From Dicyema japonicum (Eukaryota > Animalia > Dicyemida), in NCBI GenBank assembly GCA_011109175.1, contig RDEW01000025.1, positions 754,701 through 818,700 of the forward strand: DNA of 64,000 bases. The letters are read 5' to 3'. The notes beneath the pieces were generated by a model. The model was given only the letters and a program-made list of their open reading frames with translations, ran no database searches and was not told the origin of the DNA. Made by a program: the position numbers and the translations under genes. Shown piece by piece: positions 62,940 to 64,000 of the stretch. Numbering within the stretch: position 1 is the first letter of the stretch; every line of letters begins with the position of its first letter.

Positions 62940-63200
62940 CTAGATTCAGTATTACCAACTTTATAGCTTATGCTGACGACATCGTCAAAGATTCACGCGA
63001 TCAAGACATCCAGGCTGATATTATAAGATTGCAACAAAACCTGGATCGTCTCAACAAATGGTTATTGAAGAACAGCCTGTCGATCAGTATTGGAAGTTCG
63101 TCATAACTTTTTTCATATCAGACAAAAGACTGGGAAAACAAGCAACGACATTATCCCCTTCAGCAGATCTCAAAAGATCCTTGGAGCGATTTTTGACTGT
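62940..63200 (+). mobile_element. LINE RT fragment
   Basis: AYADDIV...LQQNLDRLN.W. Confidence 0.5.
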
Positions 63201-64000
63201 TCGCTGCAGGGCTCTGATTTTGCAAGATTTATTTAGAATCCCTGGGTCACCGAGGAAAAAAGTCTAACAGGTGTGATCCCAGTTCTCATAATTAGCAGCG
63301 ACATTTGCGTCTTCGGTCTTCCATTATACCAACTGCTGCTAAAAGCACCTCCTTTTGTGGTTTCACAAGAATTCGATTGAAAAAGATAATTTTTTGGGCC
63401 GACTACTTTTCTTTGTTCAGGATAGAGATAGGCGAAGCGGGTTTCACATGGATCCACATCTACAGGAGATAGTTTTTTAAGTAAGAGTCGATCCATAATT
63501 TTGTATTGACCAACATGCAAATTGACCGGTGGAACATTGACTCTGATTCATGAATTTCTATCGGTTGAGACGTGCTCCGCAGCTGATGCTCGGTTTGTCA
63601 TAAATATCTGAATGAATTCGTTCAGTTAAAGAGTTCTCTTGAAGATGCATGTAAAAGGTTTGTTTGGCGTGGATCATGAACATCATCAGTCTGTTATATG
63701 TCCGATGCGTAAATTTTCCCAATGGGGTGTTTCATCGGAACTGTGCCAAAAGTTTGGTCGATGGCGATCTCACCTTACAGAGAAAGAAGAGCTGAATTGA
63801 AGCAAATTCAATTAATGGTGGCATTGTTGTAGTTGTCAGTCTTAATGAACGAAAAACTGTGTTGGAATCCTGATTGGGAAAGAGAAAAGGAAATCTCTGT
63901 GAGTACATACAGGTTAATGAGAAAGTCTGTATGAATACAGGTTCTTGTCGCCTCTCCAGTGTCAGTATTGAGAGATAAGTGTGTGTCTGTGAAAATCAGT

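Noticed and set aside
63233-63860. Possible MULE transposase remnant (IAIDQTFG..P)
   Set aside because: A single weak motif among many stops; not enough to call.
1-64000. Microsporidian, myxozoan or prokaryotic origin
   Set aside because: R4-like elements and compactness would fit microsporidia or myxozoans, but a TR-type receptor, NK2 homeobox, L3MBTL, adhesion GPCR and intron-rich genes indicate a bilaterian animal. The exact taxon remains an inference.
1-64000. Most short six-frame ORFs as independent genes
   Set aside because: They are antisense or alternate-frame shadows of TE remnants, or single exons of the spliced genes listed.

Overview
Eukaryotic (animal) genomic DNA, AT-rich and very transposon-dense. 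About 10 compact host genes are split by ultra-short spliceosomal introns (mostly 20-27 nt, up to 36 nt among those measured): an adhesion GPCR, lipoyl synthase, WDR91, an NK2 homeobox gene, an L3MBTL MBT/SAM protein, NUDT14, pyruvate kinase, a GT54/MGAT4-like glycosyltransferase, a thyroid-hormone-receptor-like nuclear receptor and a divergent calmodulin-like protein. The TR-like gene plus the tiny introns point, by inference only, to a reduced bilaterian parasite such as a dicyemid. The rest is mostly decayed elements: RTE, R4/Dong-like, CRE-like and Ingi/Vingi-like non-LTR retrotransposons, Tc1, pogo, hAT, and a Ginger-like DDE integrase family that itself carries mini-introns. The most interesting system centres on a TSD-bounded 3.0-kb Ingi/Vingi-like LINE (54640-57656). 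Its 5' end encodes an HDV-like pseudoknot inside an in-frame leader ORF that ends in a 2A StopGo motif (GDVETNPGP) fused to APE-RT. The same RNA fold, with multiple compensatory base changes, recurs seven times in the window, including in short non-autonomous elements that also carry the LINE's 3' tail and in a 5'-inverted insertion with a 14-bp TSD. Ribozyme activity is a hypothesis: the core is non-canonical and does not sit at the element 5' end. All calls come from reading the sequence by eye. TE boundaries are approximate unless a TSD is cited.
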